The notes below the pieces were generated by a model, which made no database searches, was not told the DNA's origin, and worked only from the letters and a program-made list of their open reading frames with translations. The position numbers and the translations under genes are program-made. A stretch of DNA of 64,000 nucleotides from NCBI GenBank assembly GCA_963792585.1, contig CAWBWI010000003.1, positions 192,001 to 256,000 of the forward strand, written 5' to 3'. Within the stretch, counting starts at the first letter, position 1, and each line of letters begins with the position of its first letter. This stretch comes from Candidatus Eiseniibacteriota bacterium. GTDB lineage: Bacteria > Eisenbacteria > RBG-16-71-46 > CAIMUX01 > VGJL01. Of this stretch, positions 48,706-58,063 are shown one piece after another.

Positions 48706-49302
48706 ATGTCGCAGCGGATCCGGACCCTGGCCCTCGCGGGCCTGGCAGCCCTGACCTTCGCCCCGCCGACCCTTGCGGCGGACACTTGGGTGATCGACCC
48801 CGTGCATTCAAGCGTTGTCTTCAAGGTGAAGCACCTGGTCTCGATCGTCCCCGGCCGGTTCAAATCATTCAATGGGGAGTTCAGCTTCGATGAGAAGGTG
48901 ATCGAGAACTCATCCGTAAGCGTGACCATTGATGCCGCGAGCATCACGACCGACAACGAGAAGCGGGACGGCGACCTGAAGTCGCCGAACTTTTTCGACG
49001 TGGCGACCTACCCGACGGTCACGTACAAGAGCGCCAAGGTGAAGAAGATCGATGCGACCCACTTCGAGGTGATGGGCGATTTGACGATGCACGGTGTTAC
49101 CAGGCCGGTGACGTTGGCCGTCGAGTACTTCGGGATGAGTCCGGGTATGGGATACGGTCCCCGAGTCGGTTTTCACGCGACGGCGACGCTCAACCGGAAA
49201 GACTTTGGCATCAACTGGAACAAGACCCTCGACAATGGCGGTCTGCTCGTGAGCGAGAATGTCGACATCGATCTCGCGATCGAGGCTGGCCCGAAGCAGT
49301 AG
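48706..49302 (+). CDS. YceI-family lipid/polyisoprenoid-binding protein
   Basis: W.ID..HS.V.F.VKH, SI.T.N..RD..L...FF, G.LT.HG.T, R.DFGI.W; SD AGGAGG. Confidence 0.95.
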   Translation: MSQRIRTLALAGLAALTFAPPTLAADTWVIDPVHSSVVFKVKHLVSIVPGRFKSFNGEFSFDEKVIENSSVSVTIDAASITTDNEKRDGDLKSPNFFDVATYPTVTYKSAKVKKIDATHFEVMGDLTMHGVTRPVTLAVEYFGMSPGMGYGPRVGFHATATLNRKDFGINWNKTLDNGGLLVSENVDIDLAIEAGPKQ

Positions 49303-49325
49303 TTCGGCTTCCGCTGCGAACATGA

Positions 49326-49383
49326 GCGCCCCCGGGGGTCCACGCCGGATCCTCGGGGGCGCCCCACCCTCCCGGAGGAGGGT
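49326..49383 (+). terminator. Tandem hairpins between yceI and queF
   Basis: A 16-bp stem at 49326-49362 (two G-U pairs) and ACCCTCC-CGGA-GGAGGGT at 49366-49383; no clear U-tract. Confidence 0.4.
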
Positions 49384-49513
49384 TACCTCTTGGATGACTC
49401 AACGATCTACCTTTGGGTTACATCTTGGACGGCTTGATGCGGGGCGTTGCCCTTTTCGGCCGAATCGCTATCCTTGGATCCGGTCGCGAATGGACCCTAC
49501 GGAGGAGTGACCC

Positions 49514-49876
49514 GTGCCAAGTGAGCCTTCGACCCACCTGGAGACTTTCCCTAACCCGAATCCAGAACGGGACTACGAGATTTCTTTCGAGACGGCAGAA
49601 TTCACCTGTCTCTGCCCGCGGACAGGTCAGCCCGACTTCGCGACGATCCGGATCCGGTACATACCCGACCAGCTGTGTGTCGAGCTCAAGTCCTTGAAGC
49701 TCTACCTGTGGTCGTTCCGGGAACAAGGGGCTTTTCACGAAGCCGTCGTCAATCGGATCCTCAACGACTTGCTGGCGGCCCTCTCTCCGCGCCGGATGTC
49801 ACTCGAGGGAGACTTCATGATCCGCGGAGGGATCCACACCATCGTCCGGGCCTCCCACGAGAAGGAGACCCCCTAA
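49514..49876 (+). CDS. queF: NADPH-dependent 7-cyano-7-deazaguanine (preQ0) reductase, unimodular
   Basis: [36 protein letters not shown]. Confidence 0.96.
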   Translation: MPSEPSTHLETFPNPNPERDYEISFETAEFTCLCPRTGQPDFATIRIRYIPDQLCVELKSLKLYLWSFREQGAFHEAVVNRILNDLLAALSPRRMSLEGDFMIRGGIHTIVRASHEKETP

Positions 49877-49892
49877 CCCGAAGGAGCCAACC

Positions 49893-51542
49893 ATGCGCGC
49901 AATCGGGATCCCGACAACGGTCCTCTTGCTCCTTTGCCTCGCCGCAGCGGCCACGTGCGCAATCGCCGTCCAACCGACGCGCCTGCTCTGGAAAGCCGAC
50001 GGGGTCGAAAACGTGGTGGCGATCACGCCGATCGACGACCTGGACAGCGATGGCGTGTCCGACGTCGTCTTTGAGTCCTACGACGCTGGTCCCTCGGGGG
50101 TGGATCACCTCTTTGCGATCAGCGGGGCGTCGAGCGGAGTCGGATCGATCATCTGGTCCGCCCGTCCCCTCGGCGGACCATCGAATAGCGGAGGCTACGG
50201 TGAGTACTGCCTCCAGACGTCTCCCGACCTCAACGGCGACGGTCACCAGGACATCCTCTATGGCTCGGCCTGGGGCGGTCGATCCGCGTATGGCCTGGAT
50301 GCACTCACCGGCCAGCAGATCTGGAGATTCGACACCTACGCGAACTCACCCCCCAACCCACCAGAGTCGGGATGGATCTACGCGAACAGCTCCCTCGAAA
50401 GCGACATCACGGGAGATGGGGTCCCGGAGGCAGTCTTCTGCGCGGGGAGTTACAACTACGGTCTCTACTGCGCAAACGGAGCGACCGGAGCGATCCTCTG
50501 GTTCTTCCGCGGCCAGGATGCGCACCTGAACGTCTTTTCGATCGCCGATGTGGACGGCGACGGCATCCGCGATGTGATTGGACTTCAGTCCGAGAGCGCG
50601 CCGAGGGTTCGCTGCTTCAGCGGCCGCGGCGGCGTCGGCCAATCAGCCGTCATCCTCTGGACCCAGACTCTCTCGAACGCCCTGTGGAGCGGATGTGAGC
50701 TTCCGCAACAGGGGCAGCCGAACACGATCGTTGTAGGTTGTTGGGACAACAACATCCGTGGCTATAACGCTGCGACCGGCGCGCTCCGCTGGACCGGCCC
50801 GGTCGGCGATCCGGTCCAGAAGGTGGTTCCCATCCCCGACGTGGACGGAGACGGGGTGATGGACGTCGCGGTGGGGTCGTGGGACAACGCGGGACGGGTT
50901 CATAGCGGCGCGAACGGCGCGTTGATCTGGCGCTCGGTGGTCGGGACCCTGAACGGCGGCGATTGCTGGACCTGCGACTCCGTTGGAGACACGAACGGCG
51001 ACGGGATCGACGACGTTGCCGTCGGGTCATTCGACACCAAGGCGTATCTGATGGATGGTCGGACGGGCGCGGTTCTCTGGAGCTACACGGTCGGCGATCG
51101 GGTCTTCTCCGTTCGCGGCATTCCCGACGTGACCGGCAATGGAATCCCCGAGGTGGCCGTCGGTACCCAGATGTTGACGAATAGTCCGACCGGCGGGGAT
51201 TGCTGGCTCTTCGAAGGAAACGATTCCATCCTACCCGCAGGAGTCGAGGATCCCTCCCGTGGATTCCTCGTGCTGCGCGTCGAACCCAATCCGAGCCGGG
51301 AGGTCGCCTCATGGTCCTTCGCGCTGCCGCATCCCGCGGAGCGCGCGGTGCTCGAGCTCTTCGACCCGGCCGGCAGGCGCATCCGGACCCTCCGTGATGG
51401 TCCGGCTGGCTGTGTCGGACCTGCGACCGTGTGGGACGGTCTCGATGATGCGGGCCTTCCGGTGTCGGCCGGAGTCTATTGGGGCCGACTCACGGCCGAT
51501 GGCCGTGTCGTAGGAACCGCGAGGCTCGTGCGGATCCCCTGA
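49893..51542 (+). CDS. Secreted FG-GAP/PQQ-like beta-propeller with FlgD-like CTD
   Basis: Signal peptide; seven DxxxDG/NG-type loops; G.TG..LW repeats; PNP...GRRIRTL...WDG...GVY. Confidence 0.85.
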   Translation: MRAIGIPTTVLLLLCLAAAATCAIAVQPTRLLWKADGVENVVAITPIDDLDSDGVSDVVFESYDAGPSGVDHLFAISGASSGVGSIIWSARPLGGPSNSGGYGEYCLQTSPDLNGDGHQDILYGSAWGGRSAYGLDALTGQQIWRFDTYANSPPNPPESGWIYANSSLESDITGDGVPEAVFCAGSYNYGLYCANGATGAILWFFRGQDAHLNVFSIADVDGDGIRDVIGLQSESAPRVRCFSGRGGVGQSAVILWTQTLSNALWSGCELPQQGQPNTIVVGCWDNNIRGYNAATGALRWTGPVGDPVQKVVPIPDVDGDGVMDVAVGSWDNAGRVHSGANGALIWRSVVGTLNGGDCWTCDSVGDTNGDGIDDVAVGSFDTKAYLMDGRTGAVLWSYTVGDRVFSVRGIPDVTGNGIPEVAVGTQMLTNSPTGGDCWLFEGNDSILPAGVEDPSRGFLVLRVEPNPSREVASWSFALPHPAERAVLELFDPAGRRIRTLRDGPAGCVGPATVWDGLDDAGLPVSAGVYWGRLTADGRVVGTARLVRIP

Positions 51543-51618
51543 CGATCCGGCCCCACGCGCCCTTGACTGCCCTATCCACCTGCCGGACACTGCCTGCAGT
51601 TGAACCGGCGAGGAAAGA

Positions 51619-53805
51619 TTGGGCAATCTCGGAAAGCACCATCTACGAAGGAGTCGATCCGGGCCGCCACGAAACGGCGAACCGGAACCGATCGTCTTGT
51701 TCCTGCCGGCGTTTCTGTGGATCTTATTGTGCGCCGCGCCCTTCCCCTTCTCACCGTTTCCATCGAAGGCGTGCGCCTCCGTCTTCTACCCGGCTTCCTA
51801 CTATCCCGACAGCGCCGACAGCCTGGGGGCGACCCCGATCCATCTCGAGCCGGGGGAGACGTCTGCACCGTTGCGGCTCGGGCCGCGGTCCGCTGGAGGT
51901 TCGGTCACCATTCGGATTCTCGGTGACGATGACGGGCTTCCCATTGAGGGAGTCCTCGTTGAGGCAGTGGTGGGCAGATTCCGCGCCTACGCGAAAACGG
52001 ATGCCGGCGGGCACGCCGTCGTGACCGGCGCGAGGCCCGGCATGGCCCGGGTGAGTGCGCGTCCCGATGACCCGCGAAGCGAGACGGGCGCGTACGCCGT
52101 CGGTTCCAGTCCAACGCTGCTGGAGATCCGAGACGGTGCCGAGAGCGATGCCGGCGAGATCCGGCTCGCGCGCGCCGGGCGGATCAAGGCTCTGGTGAGA
52201 CGCCCGACCGGGCAAGCATGGCCATCGATTCCGGTCGTTCTCAAAGCGGTGGACGACTCGTTCCGTCGCATCGTGCGGACGGCCGAGGACGGGCGCGCCA
52301 GTTTCGGCGGGCTATCTCCGGGAGCGTACCGGCTTTGGGCGGATGCTACCGGCACCGACGCCGTGTCGGAAGCGTGGGACGGATCGCGGGATACCCTCTC
52401 CTCCACTCCGCTCGAGGTCTTGCCTGGCTCCCTACTATCCCCGGTCGAGATTCGACCGGATCTTGGGGGGACCATCTCGGGTGTCGTGCGGGACAAGTCG
52501 GCGAGTCTCGGTTTGCCCGACGTTGAGGTTCACATCGTCGCCCAGCAGGTGCCCCGGAATACCTATACATTTCGCACCGATCCCCTCGGCTTCTACTTCG
52601 CGACCGGTTTGGCCGGCGGGTCGTACAAGATCTACGTGCCGATCCTGCTGCGGTGGTACCCGGACGCAACGAGCGAGTCTGCGGGCCGCCCGGTGACGGC
52701 AACCGAGGGGGCGACCGCCTTCGGCATCGACCTGGCGGGCGATCCGATCGCAGAATGCACCATCGCGACCGGACGGGCCTGCGCGGTCAACGGTGCGATT
52801 CGAGCCAACTTCGACATCATGCCCAGCGCGACGGTCGTCGTCTGGAACGATGCGGACACGATTCAGCAAGTTGTGAGAGAGGCCGGCTCATACACCGTCG
52901 GCTGCATCCCCCCGGGAAGCTACCGGGTCAAGTGCGTACCCGAAGGGACCTATCGCACCCAGTACCACAAGAAGACGAACGCACCGGACAGCGCGGTCGT
53001 CGTCACGATTGCGGCAGGCGACACGGCACGCGCGGTCGACTTCGAACCGCAACGATCGGTAGTGATCGAGGGGAGCGTTGAGGATGGCGAGACCGGGCTC
53101 CCTCTCGAGGGCATTCGTGTGACCGGGAGTCGATCCGGAGGCGATCGGGTCCAAACGATCACCGATGCCGCGGGGGGGTTCCTTCTCGATCGCTTTCCGG
53201 ACGGTTCGGGACTTCCAACGGGAGACTGGATCGTCGGCACCGACTCGATCTCCATCACGGACATTGCGCCAACACCGGTCCGCACAATCGATCTCGCGGC
53301 AGCGAGAACGGGCCCTTCCGTGCGAATCCGATTCCTCGTCCCCGAAGATCTCGCGATCGGGGACTGGTTCCTCGAGCGCCGCTGCGGAGAGGCAACGATG
53401 ACGATCGTTGCCGACGCCTCCCGCCATCCGGACGGGACACGGGCGCGGGAATTCACCGATTCCGATGCCGCCGGCGGTTGCGTCTACCGGCTTTCGGTCG
53501 ATCTCGGGCCTGAAGCCGCCGGCGGGCGGATCGAGTCCCGTTGGGTATCCGCGGGAATTGCCACCCGCTCCCTGTTCCCTTCTCCCTGGGACGGCCGGGG
53601 TGTTCTCCACCTTCCCGAACCCGTGAGACCCGGCGGCCGGTGCGCGCTCTTGACGCCCGATGGATCCCATACGCTCCAGCTCCAGGCGGACGGACTCGAG
53701 ATCTCGCTGCCGTCCGGGGTTGCGATCGCTTCCGGCGTCTATTTCCTTCGATGGCGCACCGTATCGGGGAACGAGCGGACCGCTCGAATCGTGGTGAAGC
53801 GATGA
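51619..53805 (+). CDS. Secreted protein with tandem carboxypeptidase-regulatory-like (transthyretin-fold) repeats and a degenerate CTD
   Basis: Repeated G.V....G.P..G..V...TD..G...GL..G.Y units, with YYP/WYP...A.PV...G linkers; ends GVYFLRW...RIVVKR. Start uncertain. Confidence 0.75.
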   Translation: MGNLGKHHLRRSRSGPPRNGEPEPIVLFLPAFLWILLCAAPFPFSPFPSKACASVFYPASYYPDSADSLGATPIHLEPGETSAPLRLGPRSAGGSVTIRILGDDDGLPIEGVLVEAVVGRFRAYAKTDAGGHAVVTGARPGMARVSARPDDPRSETGAYAVGSSPTLLEIRDGAESDAGEIRLARAGRIKALVRRPTGQAWPSIPVVLKAVDDSFRRIVRTAEDGRASFGGLSPGAYRLWADATGTDAVSEAWDGSRDTLSSTPLEVLPGSLLSPVEIRPDLGGTISGVVRDKSASLGLPDVEVHIVAQQVPRNTYTFRTDPLGFYFATGLAGGSYKIYVPILLRWYPDATSESAGRPVTATEGATAFGIDLAGDPIAECTIATGRACAVNGAIRANFDIMPSATVVVWNDADTIQQVVREAGSYTVGCIPPGSYRVKCVPEGTYRTQYHKKTNAPDSAVVVTIAAGDTARAVDFEPQRSVVIEGSVEDGETGLPLEGIRVTGSRSGGDRVQTITDAAGGFLLDRFPDGSGLPTGDWIVGTDSISITDIAPTPVRTIDLAAARTGPSVRIRFLVPEDLAIGDWFLERRCGEATMTIVADASRHPDGTRAREFTDSDAAGGCVYRLSVDLGPEAAGGRIESRWVSAGIATRSLFPSPWDGRGVLHLPEPVRPGGRCALLTPDGSHTLQLQADGLEISLPSGVAIASGVYFLRWRTVSGNERTARIVVKR

Positions 53806-56361
53806 GCGCTCGCCACGAGTTGCCGTCGATCCTGACGCGGGCGATGCTGGCCGCCGCATCGGCTGCAGAACAGAGGATGGAAACCTCCGCGACGCAGGAT
53901 CTGTTCCCCTCGCCGCCCCACGATACCGGAACACGCGATTTGGAAAAGGTCGCCGACGCCGTTCATCAGCTCATGGCGGGGCTCATCACACTCCTGATGC
54001 TCGAACTGGACGGGCTTGTCGACTCGCCCCTCAATCGAAAGAGCCGCGTGCGGCTTCGTCTCGGCGCGCCGTCGCGTAGCAGAATCTTGGCCGACTGGAG
54101 CGACCCGCTTCGTGCCGACGAGGACGCAACCCTCTTCGCCGCTCCGAAACCGTCCCTTTCCCTCCCGAGCGCGCGCAATCCGGAGACCTTCTTCGACGCG
54201 AACCTCGACGCGGTCCGCGCGAACGCCGTCTACCTGGGGCTCACCTCATCGACGATCGAGGAGTTGATTCGGTGGCTCCTGCCAATGATTGCGCGCTGTG
54301 GGCCGGAGGACGACCCGGTCGGCTGGATCCACGCGCACGGACAACGGCACCGGTTGGTACGAGGACCGGGCAGCCGTCTTCGATTCCAGGTGGACCGCGA
54401 ACGGGGGAGACGCCAGGGCGTCCTCTACACGCCGCCACCGCTCACGGAAGCCCTTGTCGAAGCGGTTTTGAACGCCTGGCGCGAGTCCTCCCGTGGGGAG
54501 TCCATCCAGCTTTTCGAGGGAGAGGCGGCCGGCCACCGGCCGATGCCGAGAATCCTCGATCCTTCCTGCGGGAGTGGGCAGTTCCTCCTGGCGATCGCGA
54601 GACGCTTGATCACCGAGGGTTCCACGAGACCCGCGGGAGATCCTCGAGGTTTTCACCTCGATGCACGGTGTCGACATCGATCCCGCCGCCGCGACTTTGG
54701 CCGCCTTCAACCTGTCGTTGCTGGCCGTCCGCTCGCTCTGCCGATCTCAGAGCGCCGACCCCGCGGTCGTCGTTGCCTGGCTGGAAGAGCAACTCGGTCA
54801 CGGCTTCCCGTGGTTCCTGGGCACCCAGATCCATCAAGGCAACGCGCTCTTCCTCGCGCCCACGCAGGAGGGAACGACCTTCCGCTGGATCGACCGGTTT
54901 GCGCCGATCTTCAATCGCGAGCGGCCCGGATTCGACATCGTGATCGGCAATCCGCCATGGGTATCCTATGGGCTGCGCGACCGCGCGGGAGCCGAGGAAG
55001 AGGAGGAGTCCTACCTGCGACGTCTCTATTCGTTCGGCGCGCAGTACAAGCTCAGCCTCTATCCCCTCTTCATCGAGCTGGCGCTTCGACTCACACGGCC
55101 CGCCGGCCTTCACGGTTTCCTCGTGCCGGACTCCTTCTTCACCGGTAGACACTTTTCGAAGATTCGCGCCCATTTACTCCAGACGAGCAGACCTCTGCTC
55201 TTCTGCCTGGTCGAATCGGGACCCTGGCCGGGAGTCCATGTGGGCCACACCGGGTTCTACTGCGTTCGTCGCCTTCCCGCGCCGGATGCCGCGACGCCGG
55301 TCACGACCTCCGTTTTGCAGCTCTCTTCAGCGCGGCATCGTCCCGAGGCGGGGTCTGGACAGACGCTCTTTGCCGGTCGCGGGGACCGAACCGAGCCGGT
55401 TCTCGTCGACCCAAGGGTCTTCGAGAAGACACCGCATCAGGTGTTCCGGATCTACCGAGACCCGACGGAGCACCGGTTCGTCGAAACGATGGATGCAACC
55501 CCTCTCCGGATCGAAAACCTCGTCGACACGTATTCGGGCCTCATCGGCCGGTACGGGCAGGAGAGCATCACCGGTCCGACCAAAGGGGACTTCATCCTGC
55601 ACGATCGCGCCAAGAGGATCGTGCTACGAGATCCCGAGCCGTCGACCCGATGGCGTCCCGCTCTCCACAGCGGCGCAGAGGTGGAACCGTTCCATGTCCG
55701 CTGGCGTGGCGGGTGCGTCTACGTACCTGATGACCGGGACACACGAAGACTCGTCTACAAGAGCGGCTTCGACGTCGAACGCTACCTTGGACCGAAGCTG
55801 TTCGTACGGCAAACGGGCGACCGGATTGTGGCCGCTCGTGAAGAACAGGGCCTCTTCTGCCTCAACAATGTGCATATCCTGACCCCCTGCGGCACTCCGG
55901 AGATCGAACTGCGTTTCCTTCTGGGATTGTTGATGAGCGCTCCGATGCAACGCTACTACCAGATCGTTGCCCTCGAGGCGGGGCGCCCGCTGGCGCAGGT
56001 CGACCTCGCAACCGTGCGGACGCTGCCGTACCCCTGTGACTTGGATGGCGAGCCCTATGGGCTAGCGATCCGCCCGTCTCGCGATACCCGATCCGCGATT
56101 GCGCAGTTCCATCATCGGATCGAGGAGTCCCTCACGTCGGGGCGGATCGACGACATCATCCATATCGCGCACGACGCCGACACCGAAATGGACGGAATGG
56201 AGAGGGTGATCTCCAGGCGCGATCGAACCACTCTTACGATCGCCCACCTGGTTGCCATCCTGGAGCGATCGGAGGAGACGCCAGGCGCTCCGGCGGCCCA
56301 TCGCGCGTTGGATCGATTGGTAGGAGTCCTCTTCGGTCTGCAGGGGGAGCCGAGGAGCTAG
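53802..56361 (+). CDS. N6-adenine DNA methyltransferase (gamma class, Eco57I/TaqI-like), frameshifted at about 54616-54640
   Basis: Frame 1 carries GVLYTP and ILDPSCGSGQFL. The +1 frame carries GVDIDP, GNAL, VIGNPPW, LYPLFIE, GFLVP and a TaqI-C-like region (KLFVRQTG...LLGLLMS). ATGA overlap with the upstream gene. Confidence 0.85.
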
Positions 56362-57395
56362 GTCTCGAACCTGCCTGGGATCACGGTATCGCAGGAAGGG
56401 CATCGATTTCCGTTGAGTTCGTTCCTGCGCACCTTGTGCCAATCCCGCGCGAGCAGAGCCTTCCCACACCCCGGACACCATGTCGTTTGTCCCTCGACGT
56501 CGAATACGTTCCCGACGTAGACGAATCGGATGCCATGGGATGTGGCGATCGCGCGCGCGCGCATGAGCGTCGCCGCGGGGGTCTGCGGGATTCCACGCAT
56601 CCGGTAGTCGGGATGGAACGCAGTGAAGTGGAGCGGGACGTCGACTCCCAAGTGGTCGACGATCCAGGCACTTTCCCGGTGGATCTCCTCGTCGGTGTCG
56701 TTCATCCCGGGGATCAAGAGCGTCGTTATCTCGAACCAGATATCCGGCCGCTCGGACTTTAGCCAGACCAGGGTATCCAGAACCGGCCCCAGGTGCGAAA
56801 GGGTCGCGCGGGCGTAGAATTCCTCCGTGAACCCCTTCAGGTCGATGTTCGCGGCATCGATGAACTCGAAGACGTCCGGCCGGGCTTCCGGGGTGATGTA
56901 TCCCGCCGTGACCATGACGCTTCGAATTCCGCTCTCCCGCGCGAGTCGGGATACGTCGATCACAAACTCCCCGATGATGACCGGATCGTTGTAGGTGAAT
57001 GCGATCGACGGACAGCCCTCCCGCTTGGCGAGGTCAACCACCTGGGCTGGAGTCACCTCGTGGCTCTGTTTCTCATCGATCCTCGCCTTGCTGATATCCC
57101 AGTTCTGACAGAATTGGCAGCCAAGATTGCAGCCTGCGGTTCCGAATGAGAGGATTGGTGTCCCCGGAAGGAAGTGGTTCAGCGGCTTCTTCTCGATCGG
57201 ATCGACCGCGAAGCCTGTCGGCCGGCCGTAGCCGAGACTCCTGAGGACGCCGTCCTGGTTCTGGCGAACGAAACAGAAACCAGCCTGTCCGTCCGAAAGC
57301 CGGCAATATCGCGGACAGAGGGTGCAGAGGATTCTTCCGTCGGGTTCCGTTTGCCAGAACCGCGCTTCAGGAACCGGCCGCGTTCGCGTCGACAT
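56358..57395 (-). CDS. amrS: AmmeMemoRadiSam-system radical SAM enzyme
   Basis: CTLCPRYC, DPIEKKPL.HF.PG, GCNLGCQFCQNW, AFTYNDP, NIDLKG, LHFTAFHP, YVGNV, two C-terminal CxxC. Confidence 0.93.
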   Translation of the reverse strand: MSTRTRPVPEARFWQTEPDGRILCTLCPRYCRLSDGQAGFCFVRQNQDGVLRSLGYGRPTGFAVDPIEKKPLNHFLPGTPILSFGTAGCNLGCQFCQNWDISKARIDEKQSHEVTPAQVVDLAKREGCPSIAFTYNDPVIIGEFVIDVSRLARESGIRSVMVTAGYITPEARPDVFEFIDAANIDLKGFTEEFYARATLSHLGPVLDTLVWLKSERPDIWFEITTLLIPGMNDTDEEIHRESAWIVDHLGVDVPLHFTAFHPDYRMRGIPQTPAATLMRARAIATSHGIRFVYVGNVFDVEGQTTWCPGCGKALLARDWHKVRRNELNGNRCPSCDTVIPGRFET

Positions 57396-57436
57396 GGGTT
57401 CCCCCTCCTCATCCCGGGAAGGGTATCATACTTGGC

Positions 57437-58063
57437 GTGGCTCGATTCGATTCCGAAAGGCAAGCGGAGTTCCTTCGCGGTTTGAATCCGCGCCGCGCCG
57501 CGCTCAAGCGCGCGCTCGACTCCCGTCGCCTCCCTTACGGCGTCGCAATCGACAACCCCGACAAGCAAACGAACATCGGCAACCTGTTCCGGACCGCCCA
57601 CTCGTTCCTTTGCGGCGAGATCGTCATCGTCGGTTCTCCCCGCTATCAGGGCGCCGGAAGTCATGGGATCGAGCGATTCGAGAGAATCCGCCACTTCCCG
57701 GACCGCTCTTCATTCCGCGCCTGGCTTCCGGACAGCGGCTACACCGCCGTTGCCGTCGAGATCCACCCGGATGCGGAACGCCTCGATCGTTTCGACTTCC
57801 CCGAGAAGCCGCTGTTCGTTCTGGGCAGCGAACTCTATGGCCTCAGCGAAGAACTGCTCGCGGTCTGCCCGCGGAAAGTCATGATCCCTCAGTTCGGGCT
57901 CATGCCTTGTCTGAATGTGAACATCTCGTGCTCGATCGTTCTCTACCAGTACGTTGCATCCAGGAATCCGGGGCTGGAGACGCCGCCGGTACGGGGCAGG
58001 AAGTTTCTGGTGGATGGAAGGAGCGGCCGGACTCCGACCGCCGGTGAGAACTCTATCAGTTAG
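57437..58063 (+). CDS. TrmH/SpoU-family SPOUT RNA methyltransferase
   Basis: NIGNLFRTA, VLGSE.YGL, IPQFG...LNV. Confidence 0.9.
   Translation: MARFDSERQAEFLRGLNPRRAALKRALDSRRLPYGVAIDNPDKQTNIGNLFRTAHSFLCGEIVIVGSPRYQGAGSHGIERFERIRHFPDRSSFRAWLPDSGYTAVAVEIHPDAERLDRFDFPEKPLFVLGSELYGLSEELLAVCPRKVMIPQFGLMPCLNVNISCSIVLYQYVASRNPGLETPPVRGRKFLVDGRSGRTPTAGENSIS

Noticed and set aside
49303..49513. preQ1 riboswitch upstream of queF
   Set aside because: Hairpins are present, but I see no class I stem-loop with an A-rich 3' tail. An Infernal/Rfam scan would settle it.
11798..54640. Programmed phase variation as the common explanation for the three frameshifts
   Set aside because: The tracts are at most 6 nt and one site has none; consensus indel error is more parsimonious until reads are checked.
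49514..56361. 7-deazaguanine DNA modification (dpd) system suggested by queF near a DNA-modifying gene
   Set aside because: No dpdA/tgt-like, folE or queC/D/E genes are in the window, and the DNA enzyme has ordinary amino-MTase motifs.
53802..57395. BREX, DISARM or a radical-SAM-linked defence island
   Set aside because: No pglZ, ATPase, helicase or nuclease neighbours; amrS is convergent and belongs to a different known family.
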